DNA of 47,707 nucleotides from Thelocarpon superellum (Eukaryota): NCBI GenBank assembly GCA_026025795.1, contig JAPEUG010000100.1, positions 1 to 47,707 of the forward strand, read 5' to 3'. Shown piece by piece: positions 36,501 to 47,707 of this stretch (position 1 is its first letter; each line of letters starts with the position of its first letter). The notes under the pieces were generated by a model. It saw only the letters and a program-made list of their open reading frames with translations, ran no database searches and was not told where the DNA came from. The position numbers and the translations under genes were made by a program.

Positions 36501-37742
36501 CGGCGGGGGGGGGCCAGCGGCACCGATGCCCGCAATCATATCGCCGAGCGTCTCGGTGGCGAGCAGTCGCAGCTGAATGTTCTCCGTCGACAGCTCCGCC
36601 TCGAGCTGCGGGATGACGCTCTGTAGGACGGGGGGAGCGGCGCGCCAGAGCTCGCGGATCAGTCGATGCGCTTTGTGCAGCTCCTTCACATCTTCGTCCG
36701 TCGGGCCGCGCGGCGCGTCTTCGTCGTCCGAGTCCAGCAGCGATGGGCCGGACCTCCCATGGCCCTGGCCCTGGCCCTGGCCCTTGCCCAGCCCGTTCGC
36801 GCTGGCCGCGCTCGAGGCGTCCATGATGACGTCGTTGAAGTACTGGCTGATGTTTCGTGCCATGCGTTCGGGGCAGGAATTGCAGATGGTCTTGGCCATG
36901 TTGTAGGCGGGCGGGAGCTCCTTGAGGAGGAGGGTGGATTGCGTGTCGTCGACCACGGCGGCCGCGCCCTTCTTGCCCCTGTCCGCGGCGCCGGTGACGA
37001 TGCGCGGGTCGGCGCGCAGAAACTGGGCGACGATGACGTCGACGACCTCGGTGGGCAGGGCGGAGGACTCGTCGATCAGGATGACGAGGATGGCGGTCAT
37101 GTGGAACTCGACATTCTTCCCAATCTGCTCGGCGCCGGCGGCGCGGGTACCGCCGGAGAGGATGTCGAAGAAGGAGGTGAAGAGGTGGAGGGTCAAGGGC
37201 TCGGACTCGGGGATGTCGGTGAGCAGGACGACGCTCTTGACCTGGGCCAGCGACTGCAGGACGTAGACATGCTGGTTGTTGTAGGCGTTGGACGGGTCGG
37301 CCAGGGCGGGTAGGACGGAGGTGATGAAGAGGGTGAAGATGTCCTTGAGCTGGACGCCGGTGTAGGGGGCATCGGGGGCGCACAGGCGCAGGATGTCGAC
37401 CAAGCAGCAGGCCGTCCAGGCGCGCACGCCCCGATCCTTGTGGGCCAGCAGGCTGGGGCCGGCCAGCGGCTTGGCGACCTTGTTGAAGGCGGCGCGGTCG
37501 ATCTCCTCCTGCTCGATCTCGCCCAGCTCCTTGGAGAGGTCCTGGAGGCGTCGCAACAGGTCGGCGACGGCGATGGGCTTGCCGGCGCGCCAGGTCAAGG
37601 GCTCGTTGAATCTCAGGCCGGGGAGCTCTTGCGTGACGGGCTCGGGCTCGGGCTCGGGCTCGGAGGCCTCCAGTTCGACCTCGACCTCGACCTCGACCTC
37701 GGCCTCGGCCTCGGCCGCAGCGGAGCGCTTTCGTCGGGGCAT
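33232..37742 (-). CDS. PDS5: Sister chromatid cohesion protein Pds5 (BimD/Spo76)
   Basis: HEAT-repeat protein with LLAHKDRGVRAWTACCLVDILRLCAPDAPY and RLLSLLAHHPDF...ENLSLIYHVAQRVKQ, and an acidic/basic tail. One intron from 33842 to 33793 or 33796. Confidence 0.95.
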
Positions 37743-38543
37743 CGTGATGTGCGTCGTTCAGTCGGCCGTTGCGGGCATCGATCCGGGCCGCGCGATTTCG
37801 TGGATGAGACGCGTCGTCGAGAGCCACAGGGGCAAGGCCAATTCATCCAATGCCGTCGCTTTCTTCCACCAGAGCCTCTCCGCTCTTGGCCCTGAGTTTG
37901 CTGTCCTCGTACGGTACTGGCACCTGTGCAACTCCCGCCTTTGCTGTGTGACGCGATGCCCTGTCTCCGGGGCGTAAAACGAGACGATCCACTCAGTTCC
38001 ACGTTGGTTAAGCTTCGGTGCGGTAAGTCGTAGCGAGGCGTGGCCATGCGTGGGCCGGGTGTTGCCAGGCGTGGACGGCAGGCTTAGGCGCCCCTCGGCC
38101 GGCGTGGGCGTCAGTCCAGTCCAGGTAGGTGGTCCGGTGGGGACAGGACAGGTGCGGACATGGTAAAAGTACGAGTCCACGTGAGCTGATGGCGGCGGCG
38201 AAACGCGCAACACGGGTATTATAGAGGGACCGTAGGCGGACTCGTACGGCGTTCAGGACCCGGTATACGGGCGGCAATGTGCTGGCGTCTCGATGGCAGC
38301 CTCGACGTAATTGTCGCGTTCGGCACCCAATCTCGCGTTTTCAGGTCCGCCGTCCGCCGTCCGCCGTCCGTCGACCGCCCTACTCCCGTAGCTTTGGCTG
38401 TCGCTCGCTACTGTGTGTGGCGCAACTTCCGTCTCCCCTGGCCATCCGCGGCCATCCGCGGCCATACGCAGCCAATCATTTTCCTCCTTCCCACCCCACT
38501 ACGAGTAACGAGTGCTGATCTACCATCAATTCCATCACTTGCA

Positions 38544-40099
38544 TCACGTTCCCCCGCGCACCAGACGCTCCATCTCGTCAACGCCTTTGACCGCCGTAGT
38601 GAGATTCTCATACCCGTCGTCGGTGACTAGCACATTGTCTGCTCTCGTTAGCCGACGCCTCCTTCGGCACCGATCGGACGGATGGGAGAAGGGGGTCCAC
38701 CTTCAATCCGGACACCTCCCACCGTCCAATACCGGTCCAACACCGCTTGGTCGATGAAGGGCGCATGGGTCGGGTCGTTGAGGTAGGGTTCGATGATGAA
38801 GCGACAGAAGTAGATCTGGCATCCCCCGTCAGCTCCGTCCCAGCCCGCTCGCCGCCACACTCACCCCCGGCTCCACGGTAATGATACTCCCCGCGGGTAG
38901 GCGTCCCCGCACCCGTAGGTAACGGAACATCGTGTCCGCATCACGGTAGTTGGCGTGGCCCCCCACATCATGCGTGTCCAGGCCCAGATAGTGCCCTAAA
39001 CCGTGCGGGAAGAAGGCGACGCTGGTCCGCGTCTCGAAGATGGCCTCGGCCGCCCCCTTCAGGATGCCCAGGTCCAGGAGGCCGCGGATGGCCACGCGAT
39101 GAGCATGCATGTGCACGTCTTCCCAAAGCACGCCGGCCTTGAGCATGGCAATGCCTTCCTCCTGCATCTTCAAGACGACCTCGTACACCGCGCGGCTCTC
39201 CGGGGTGAAACGGCCGTGGATGGGAAAGGTCCGGGTGACGTCGCTGGCGTAGCAGCGGTATTCCGCCCCCGCATCCAAGAGCAGGTTCAACTTCCCCGCC
39301 AACGGCGCGTCATTGGCCACGTAGTGCAGCGTCGCCGCGCTCTCGCCCGCCGCCACGATGGGCGAGTAGGCCTGGATGGGACAGCGCGCCGCCATACACC
39401 GCTGGACGAAGAGCGCCTGCAGCTCCTGCTCGTTGTCCGTCGTCGACACGGCACGCATCACCGCCGCGTGGGCCCGTGCCGTCGCGCCGTTGGCCTCGCG
39501 CGTGAGCGCAACTTCGTACGAGTCCTTGACCACGCGGCACGTCTCGATGATCCCCTTGACCCTCTGCACGTCCGGGGTCAGCCCGCGCTCGGCCAGGGAC
39601 CGCGTCGAGCGGACATGGTCGATGGCGAAGATGGTGCCGGTGCGTGCATGCGCCCCCAGCGTCTCATCGATCTCGCTGGTCAGGCGGACGTGGTCGACGT
39701 CGTAGCGGTGGCGCGCCTCTTCCGGCGTCAGCGGCAGTCCGGACCAGATGACGTCCTCGGGGTCGACGGGGGGAATGAATAGCGTCAATTCCGCCGTCTC
39801 GAGATCATACGTGAGGGCGCAGTCGGGCAGGGTGCAGCCGCTGAGATAGTAAAAGTATCGGCGCTGTCTGCCCTCACACATCAGCACACGAGTCCATGGC
39901 CAGAAGCGATGGTGGGAAACCGAAAGGGCTCGGGCATGTCGCTATCCTCGAGCATTCGCGTCTCCTGGCCCTCGAGGAAGATGACGCCCTTGGCTGATGG
40001 ATCTTGCCCCAGGAGAAGGGATGCCACCCTCTGTGCATGAGCTTTGGCCGGGTACTTGCCGACGAGAACCGTCTCGGGTGTGGCGTTGGGGACCGCCAT
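38544..40099 (-). CDS. pepP: Xaa-Pro aminopeptidase/dipeptidase (peptidase M24B)
   Basis: Exons 40099-39921, 39867-38865, 38815-38701, 38638-38544. [12 protein letters not shown]-terminus, [13 protein letters not shown], and metal-ligand motifs [52 protein letters not shown]. Confidence 0.92.
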
Positions 40100-40524
40100 G
40101 ATTGCTGTGTGGGGTCGCCGCCGTTCAGGACGGAGTGGAGGTAGGGGACGGAGCGGTGGGCGGGAGCCGTCCGACGGGTGAGAAGCGAGAGGGACACTTT
40201 CCGTGCCGCCCCTTCCACGCCTTGAGACATCCTTCAGGTATGGAGGACCAGGTACCAGGATTCAGGTATCAGATATCACATATACGCTGCTTCTCCCAAC
40301 GTTCTATTATCCTCATGTTACAAGAAAGCCTCTCGTCATGACGTCTAAGTCAGACTCCAAGAAGCAGGTGCTCGAAGTGCCGTCCCATGGAACAAGAAAC
40401 GCCGTCGTATGCCATGATCAAACTCATCCGCCTCATCCGTCCGACACAACTCTGCGGACGACGCAAGGATGGTCCGCGCCAGACCAAGTGCAGACCCAGC
40501 ATGCTTGCCCAGACTCACGACCCA

Positions 40525-41494
40525 TCAATCCTTCCATCGCGCCAGGAACTTGGCCATATCATCCGACGGTTGCGGAGCCGCCGCCACCTGGACCTTCGTC
40601 AGCGCCAACATGAGATCGCAAACGGGGGAGGCGGAGAGAGACGACGCACGGTGTTGGTGCGGGTAGTAGTGCTAAAGGTCGGACTCTGCGTGAGAGTGGT
40701 CACGATGCTAGGAATGGCCATGAAGGTTGTGGCGACGGTGGTGCCGCTCGTCGGCCACAGCGGCGTCGCCGACTGCGCCGTGATCTTGGTCGGCGGTTGG
40801 GGCTGCATCGGCGCATACCGCGTCAGGCCCGTCTGGAGAGTGTAGGGCACCGTGTAGGGCCCCGCTGCCCCGCCCGCCGGGGGCGCGGCATTGGCGCCCG
40901 CCACCTGGTTCACCGTCGGCGGCCCGGTGGTGCCTGAGACGGTCTTCAGGTCGGTGACGAGCGCCGGCGGGAAGACGCCCGTCATGCCGGACAGGGAGAA
41001 TCGGTTCGAGAAGTTGATCACCGTGCCCCCGGCCGTGGCCGTCGACAACATCTTGAGGTAGCTGCGCGCCGCCACACCCGGTTACTCCGGTCCCACCACA
41101 ACACGCTCGAGTGGACTCACTATGCATTGTCGGGCGTCGACGCGCCGAAGCCGACCGGGACGGTGGCCGACGCTCCATTGGTTCCGTCAAAGGTGCCCTG
41201 ATCCTTCAACGACATACACGGCGGGTTCTTCGCACGTGCACTCATCATCAGTGGCTGGCTCATGTGCCGTCCAGGGTCAGCACGCACCTGATTACTATTC
41301 GATCCCGCGCAGAGGAACAGCTGATAACTCTTGAGATCGGAGATGGATGGGGCGCTCCCCGAGTCCTTCCACTTGGCATCGATGGCAGATCCCCCAGTGA
41401 CTTTATCGCCAGCAGAGGGACTGGTGAATTCCACATCTGCCAGAGCAAGGGGAGCGAAGAGGCCGAGGAGGATGAGCATACGCGTCCGGACCAT
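40525..41494 (-). CDS. KRE9: Kre9/Knh1-family cell-wall beta-1,6-glucan synthesis protein
   Basis: Signal peptide, DVEFTSPSAG, YQLFLCAG, GGTVINFSNRFSLSGMTG, YTVPYTLQTGLTRYAPMQPQPPTKIT and terminal MAKFLARWKD. Introns 41287-41228, 41120-41062, 40649-40588. Confidence 0.9.
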
Positions 41495-41939
41495 GGCGGG
41501 CGAGGGGGCCGAGGCCAGGGTGAGACGAGAAGAGAGACGCCGAAAGAGCGGAGAAGGATTGACGCGCGCGGTCAGTCGACCGGCTCAGCACACGTGCCGT
41601 GAGAGTGGTGGTCGAGGTGGAAGCCCGCCGCAGATCAGCGTGCCGGCACTGGACGAAGCATGAGAGACGATATGAGATGGGAGGAATGCACAGCCGGCTG
41701 ACTGGCGGCGAACGGAGTCCTCCGTAGTTGGCCCACACTTAGCCCAGATTGGCTAGTCATCCAGGGCAATTCCATGATCGGCCCACCGTTGCCGGCGGCC
41801 AATCAGCGTGCGGCACTTACCTTACCTTATCCGCCGTCGCCATGCTGGTCGAAGTACAGGTATTCTACAGGTACGAGTACGCACTCGCTGAGCCTCGATC
41901 GGTCCGGTGGCCTCCTCTCCCATGGCGGTGTTACAACCA

Positions 41940-42007
41940 TACTACTACTACGTAGTACTACCAGTACTACTACTAGTAGTAGTAGCAGTAGTGGTACTAC
42001 CAGTACT
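41940..42007. repeat. (ACT)n/(AGT)n inverted trinucleotide array containing a perfect 20-bp palindrome
   Basis: TACTACTACT-AGTAGTAGTA at 41965-41984 inside a TAC/GTA-rich tract. Confidence 0.85.
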
Positions 42008-42076
42008 CCTATACGTAGACTGGGACCGGGTCCGCCCTCGACGTGACTACTGTGAGGGATGTGAGGACCCGTAGGA

Positions 42077-42095
42077 TCACGTGGAGTCCACGTGA
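42077..42095. promoter_or_regulatory. Twin inverted TCACGTG E-box palindrome upstream of the arylsulfatase
   Basis: TCACGTGGA-G-TCCACGTGA, about 450 bp upstream of the sulfatase ATG. TCACGTG is the bHLH Cbf1-type motif. Confidence 0.55.
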
Positions 42096-42496
42096 CCCTG
42101 CATCATCCACATATAGCAGCCGTAGCTTAGCCTGGCTAGAAGGACAATAATCAATCTGCTTCTAGAGACAAGAGGCCAAGAGCCTGACAACTACCTCTGG
42201 TAGTGGCAGCACCTCAAGAATCCAAGCGCCATGATGCTGTCGAGAAGGATCGATCTTCTCGTGCGTCTTGGTGAACGCCGCTCCAGCTTTCCCTGTCCGA
42301 GCGACGCTCTCAGGAAATGGTCGGCTCTGGTGTATCGCCTGGCGGGCCACCCACCTTGAACGCCATCCAAGGACCAGATCGCGTCAGCCCGTAACCCCAC
42401 CTCGTAGAGCTCCCCTCCGCCATGCCGTTGCTAAACGAGCGTTGATGAATGTTCTCGCTCGTGCAGATTCTGGATCTCGCGCGTCCGCGACATTGA

Positions 42497-44456
<1,960 letters not shown>

Positions 44457-44465
<9 letters not shown>

Positions 44466-45409
44466 TGCACGCTTCGTTGCCGGCGTAGCGGAAGATGACG
44501 ACTCCGTGACCTTTTCGCCATCCTCCGAGGACGCCACGCTGGAAAAGGATAGGAGCCGCACCGTCTCCCCTGTGAAAATCCCCTGCGAAATTGAGCAGGA
44601 CAATCAACGCGAAGGAGGCCAAAGCAAAGAAGGCCATCATGCCGTATGCCCAGCCGACACCGACCTTGCCCACCCATTGTTTGATGTAGAACGGCACCGA
44701 CAGGCCCCAGATGAGCCGAAAGAACGTCAAGGCCATGGAGGCCTCGACGGGGTGGTCGATGAAGCTCTCGACCAGGTGATTCGTCCCGACGGGCACGCAC
44801 GAGAAGGAGCCGAGGGTGACGAGAAAGACGGCAAAGGCCAGCACCAATGGAAGGCCCGCGCCGTACAGGCCCACTCCGATCGGCGTGATGATGAAGCGGG
44901 GAAGCTAGAGACTGTGCAGACGGTACTCGGGCTTCCATATACCACCGCGTCGACGAGAGAGGGCCGAGGGCAGGCGGTCGGAGACGGCAAAGGTATAGAG
45001 GAGCACAAGGACGATGCCGACCTAGTGGGTGAAGCTGACTGCGTCTGGTAAGGGGCGTCGCGGCTGGCGCAGCGCGCGGACTTACCATCGGGATTCTGCT
45101 CGACGCTGAAGCCATATCCCCCTTGGTGCACGGGTTTCTGCAGGAACACGGGCGCCAAGGAGTTCACGGCCACGTAGACGCCAAAGGTAACCAAGCCAAA
45201 GCAGCCGGTGAACAGGGTGACGGGGTCGAGCATCACCAGGTACGGCGTGACGCCCACCCGCCACGTCTCCGCCGCCGTGTACTTTGGCCGCAGGCGTTGG
45301 CGAAGAAACATGTGTTCAATTCGTTGCTCACCCACGACGTCGGTGGACGAGGCCAACAGGCGTGTGGCGTAATTGCCGGGCCACCTTTTTCGATGTCGGC
45401 CGTGACCAT
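44457..45409 (-). pseudogene. Decayed MFS transporter (C-terminal half retained)
   Basis: MFS C-domain motifs (VFLQKPVHQGGYGF, RGGIWKPEYRLHSL, PFYIKQWVGKVGVGWAYGMMAFF). Two in-frame TAG (45024-45022, 44907-44905), a 13-bp imperfect duplication causing a frameshift (44567-44592), and no N-terminal TM bundle after MVTADIEKGG. Confidence 0.82.
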
Positions 45410-46845
45410 CGTGGGAGAGAAGGTAATCGAGGTCCAACAATGTCGGGCGAGGCGCCTACGGACAGTATCGATCTGGTGCTAAGATTCGGGCTGGGCTTGA
45501 TATCAACGGCGGTCGTGGCGCGGGCAGCAAGCAGTAGCAGCCGCAGCAGCTGCAGTAGTCACTGCTGGACCGTTATCCCTCGTCTCAAAGAGAAACGATC
45601 GCTGCGGCACATGCCGTCCTCAGAGCAAGCATCGATGGGCGAGCGAAGGTCGATCGCGATACCAGCTTGCATGCGTATGTGCTTCGTCCTGATAAAGGCA
45701 ATCATGATAGTAGTGCTATGATTGTGCGAATCGTATAAGGACTGCGTCGGATGGCGACTCACAGAGCTCGAGGGCAGCTCGAGGAACGTCAATGGCAATC
45801 TACCGCCAATCGGAGAAAGGCGGCGTGACGATTGCGGGAGCTAGGGAGGAGGCCGGGAAGCGACGGGAAGGACATGCGACAGGTTGTGTCGGCCAGTTGA
45901 CGAGCTTCCGAGTACAGAGAGGCTCTGCCTTGCCGCGTGAGACTTGCGGACCTCTCCGTCCGATACTGACATGAGTACGAGTGTGGCACTCGTATGGTGG
46001 GGCGCCAGAGCCGCGTGGGATGGACGTAGAAACTCTGACCGGTTGGTGCTCCGGCGCGCTCTTTGATCGCTACTAGCCATCTTCTCGTCATCGCCGCTGC
46101 TCGCTCTCACCGCGGACCGAACGTCATCGTGCGGCCCCAGAGCCGCAGCCGTGACCCCGGCCCTCTGCCTTGCCCCATGCCCCCATAACCTGCAGGCAAA
46201 TATTACTGCGTGGCGGTACTCGGCACAAACTATACTCGTACCTGTACCCTATGTGTGGTGCTCATGTTTACGCTGATATCCTCCCCCAGGAATGCCGCGG
46301 CTGCATCACCAGCAGCGTCAAGGGACGCCACCCTGGTTCGTGACGCGGGCTGTCATTCATGGCACCATCTTCGCAGGCAGCTGTTGGCTCCAAGGGAAAG
46401 GATGGATCCACTCCCAGTCGGCACTTCGCGTCCTTATCATCATGGCCGTCGGAAGATCCGTCTCAGTCCCAATGTTGGGTTGACTCTCGACTCTCACTCC
46501 GTTCCCAGCGCACGAGTAGCTGGTAAATTTTGCCTATCTCCCTGCTACCGCTCGGTACCGTGCCCTCACGCCGCCTTTATCGTACTCATTTCGTTCCGCT
46601 CCGTCGAAAACCCGGTCCTTGATCGGTGCCAAGTGAGGTGGGGCTCATAACGACCCGTCTCAGCGGTCCTGTTCGAGCTGGGGTAGCTCTTTCTCCCCAC
46701 GGCTTCATCAGGCGTAGATCGCCGGACATGCTGACTACTTGTACCCACCCAAGTACTCGGCTTGGTACGGATCGATGTGACCTCCGTCTCGCCTTCTTCT
46801 CGGACCACCTGTCTCACTGTGTCTGACGCGCACCGGAGAGGCGCC

Positions 46846-47707
46846 ATGACCGAGGCAACGTACGACAAGAACCTCCTCATCGTCGTGCCCTTCCTCTTTG
46901 CCGCCCTGTCTACCCTGGTCTACGCTCTCCGTCTCTACGTTCGCCGCCTAAGCGCTGCGGCGTTTTGGTATGATGATTCCTTCATGGGCATCGGGCTACT
47001 GATCTCCCACGGCGTGACGGTGTCGGTCGTCTACACTCAGTCAGGATTCCGGGGAGAGAAAAGGTGGTGACTTGCAAATGCAGCGGCGTATGATGGTGTG
47101 GGTGTACCGACGAAGCAGCTGCCATTGGCTGAACAGCAACGGTTCAACCAGGTGTGTGCTCTCCGCCAATGGCCGTTGCCTCATGAGGGCTAAGCCGAGA
47201 GCGACAGGGCGCGTGGCTGTTGCAGTATTTCTGGCCGACGTCACTGCTCTTCTTCAAATGTTTGATCGTGCTGTTTATGCGTCGACTTGTTGTGCCCAAC
47301 AAAACCTTCAATACGGTATCTCTGTGCGTGATGGTCTTCGTCTGTTGCTGGGGCTTCTCGGCCGTGATGGTGAACATCTTCCAATGTTGGCCGGTGCAGT
47401 GTTTTTACGACAAGACGATCAAAGGCGGGACGTGCATCAGCGGACAGATGGCCTTCTTTGAGACCATGGGCGCGCTTAGTCTGGTGGAAGATGTTTTCAT
47501 CCTATTTCTACCCATGTCAATCATATGGGGCCTGCAAGTGGACTGGCGGCAGAAACCTCTTCGTGACAATCCTGTTCTCGGTCGGAAGCCTGTAATATTC
47601 CCGTCGCCCCCTGCGCTGATCACCGCATTGACCTCTCACAGGGTGTGCATCTTAAGCTTGCTGCGCCTCGTCTACTGCCGCATGTACCAACTGACCAACC
47701 TATCGAC
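46846..47707 (+). pseudogene. Pth11-like / fungal rhodopsin-domain membrane protein, apparently disrupted, runs off the window
   Basis: LRLYVRR...FWYDD, NIFQCWPV..FYDKTIKGGTC, EDVFILFLPM..IWGLQ and VCILSLLRL motifs. The first intron donor reads CTCAGT instead of GT (47036), and an extra C at about 47556 shifts the frame. Confidence 0.75.

Noticed and set aside
33936..36626. 896-aa plus-strand ORF antisense to PDS5
   Set aside because: Shadow ORF produced by GC-rich codon usage on the real strand; biased composition (R/L/V/H/Q) and no motifs.
36154..37827. 557-aa Arg/Pro-rich alternative-frame ORF in PDS5
   Set aside because: Typical off-frame translation of GC3-rich coding sequence.
37800..38340. 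MCB-like ACGCGT/ACGCGA motifs upstream of PDS5
   Set aside because: Biologically plausible for a G1/S gene, but CGCG words are too common at this GC content to support a call.
44905..45024. TAG reassignment (alternative genetic code)
   Set aside because: TAG terminates PUF2, ALG8, EMP47 and SNF5 normally, and Trp is TGG elsewhere.

Overview
GC-rich eukaryotic DNA from a filamentous ascomycete (Pezizomycotina, inferred from the gene set and short GT-AG introns with CTRAY branch sites). I reconstructed 14 intact spliced genes by hand. In order: a Puf2/Jsn1-like RRM-Pumilio protein, the capping guanylyltransferase Ceg1, SAGA subunit Sgf73, ISW2 subunit Itc1, Alg8, an Emp47-like L-type lectin, an orphan secreted Cys-rich protein, Snf5, Cdb4/Ebp1, a double-PHD Rco1-like protein, Pds5, Xaa-Pro aminopeptidase, Kre9/Knh1 and a bacterial-type (AtsA-like) arylsulfatase. 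The last 3 kb hold two decayed membrane-protein genes (an MFS transporter and a Pth11-like protein). I found no tRNA, rRNA, CRISPR array or transposon. The most interesting items are the 286-aa effector-like orphan hidden across two ORFs, the sulfatase locus with its twin-TCACGTG palindrome and adjacent pseudogenes, two TAG stops at apparently conserved Trp positions in the MFS relic, and an unusually long structured SNF5 intron. Family assignments come from remembered motifs; no database searches were run.
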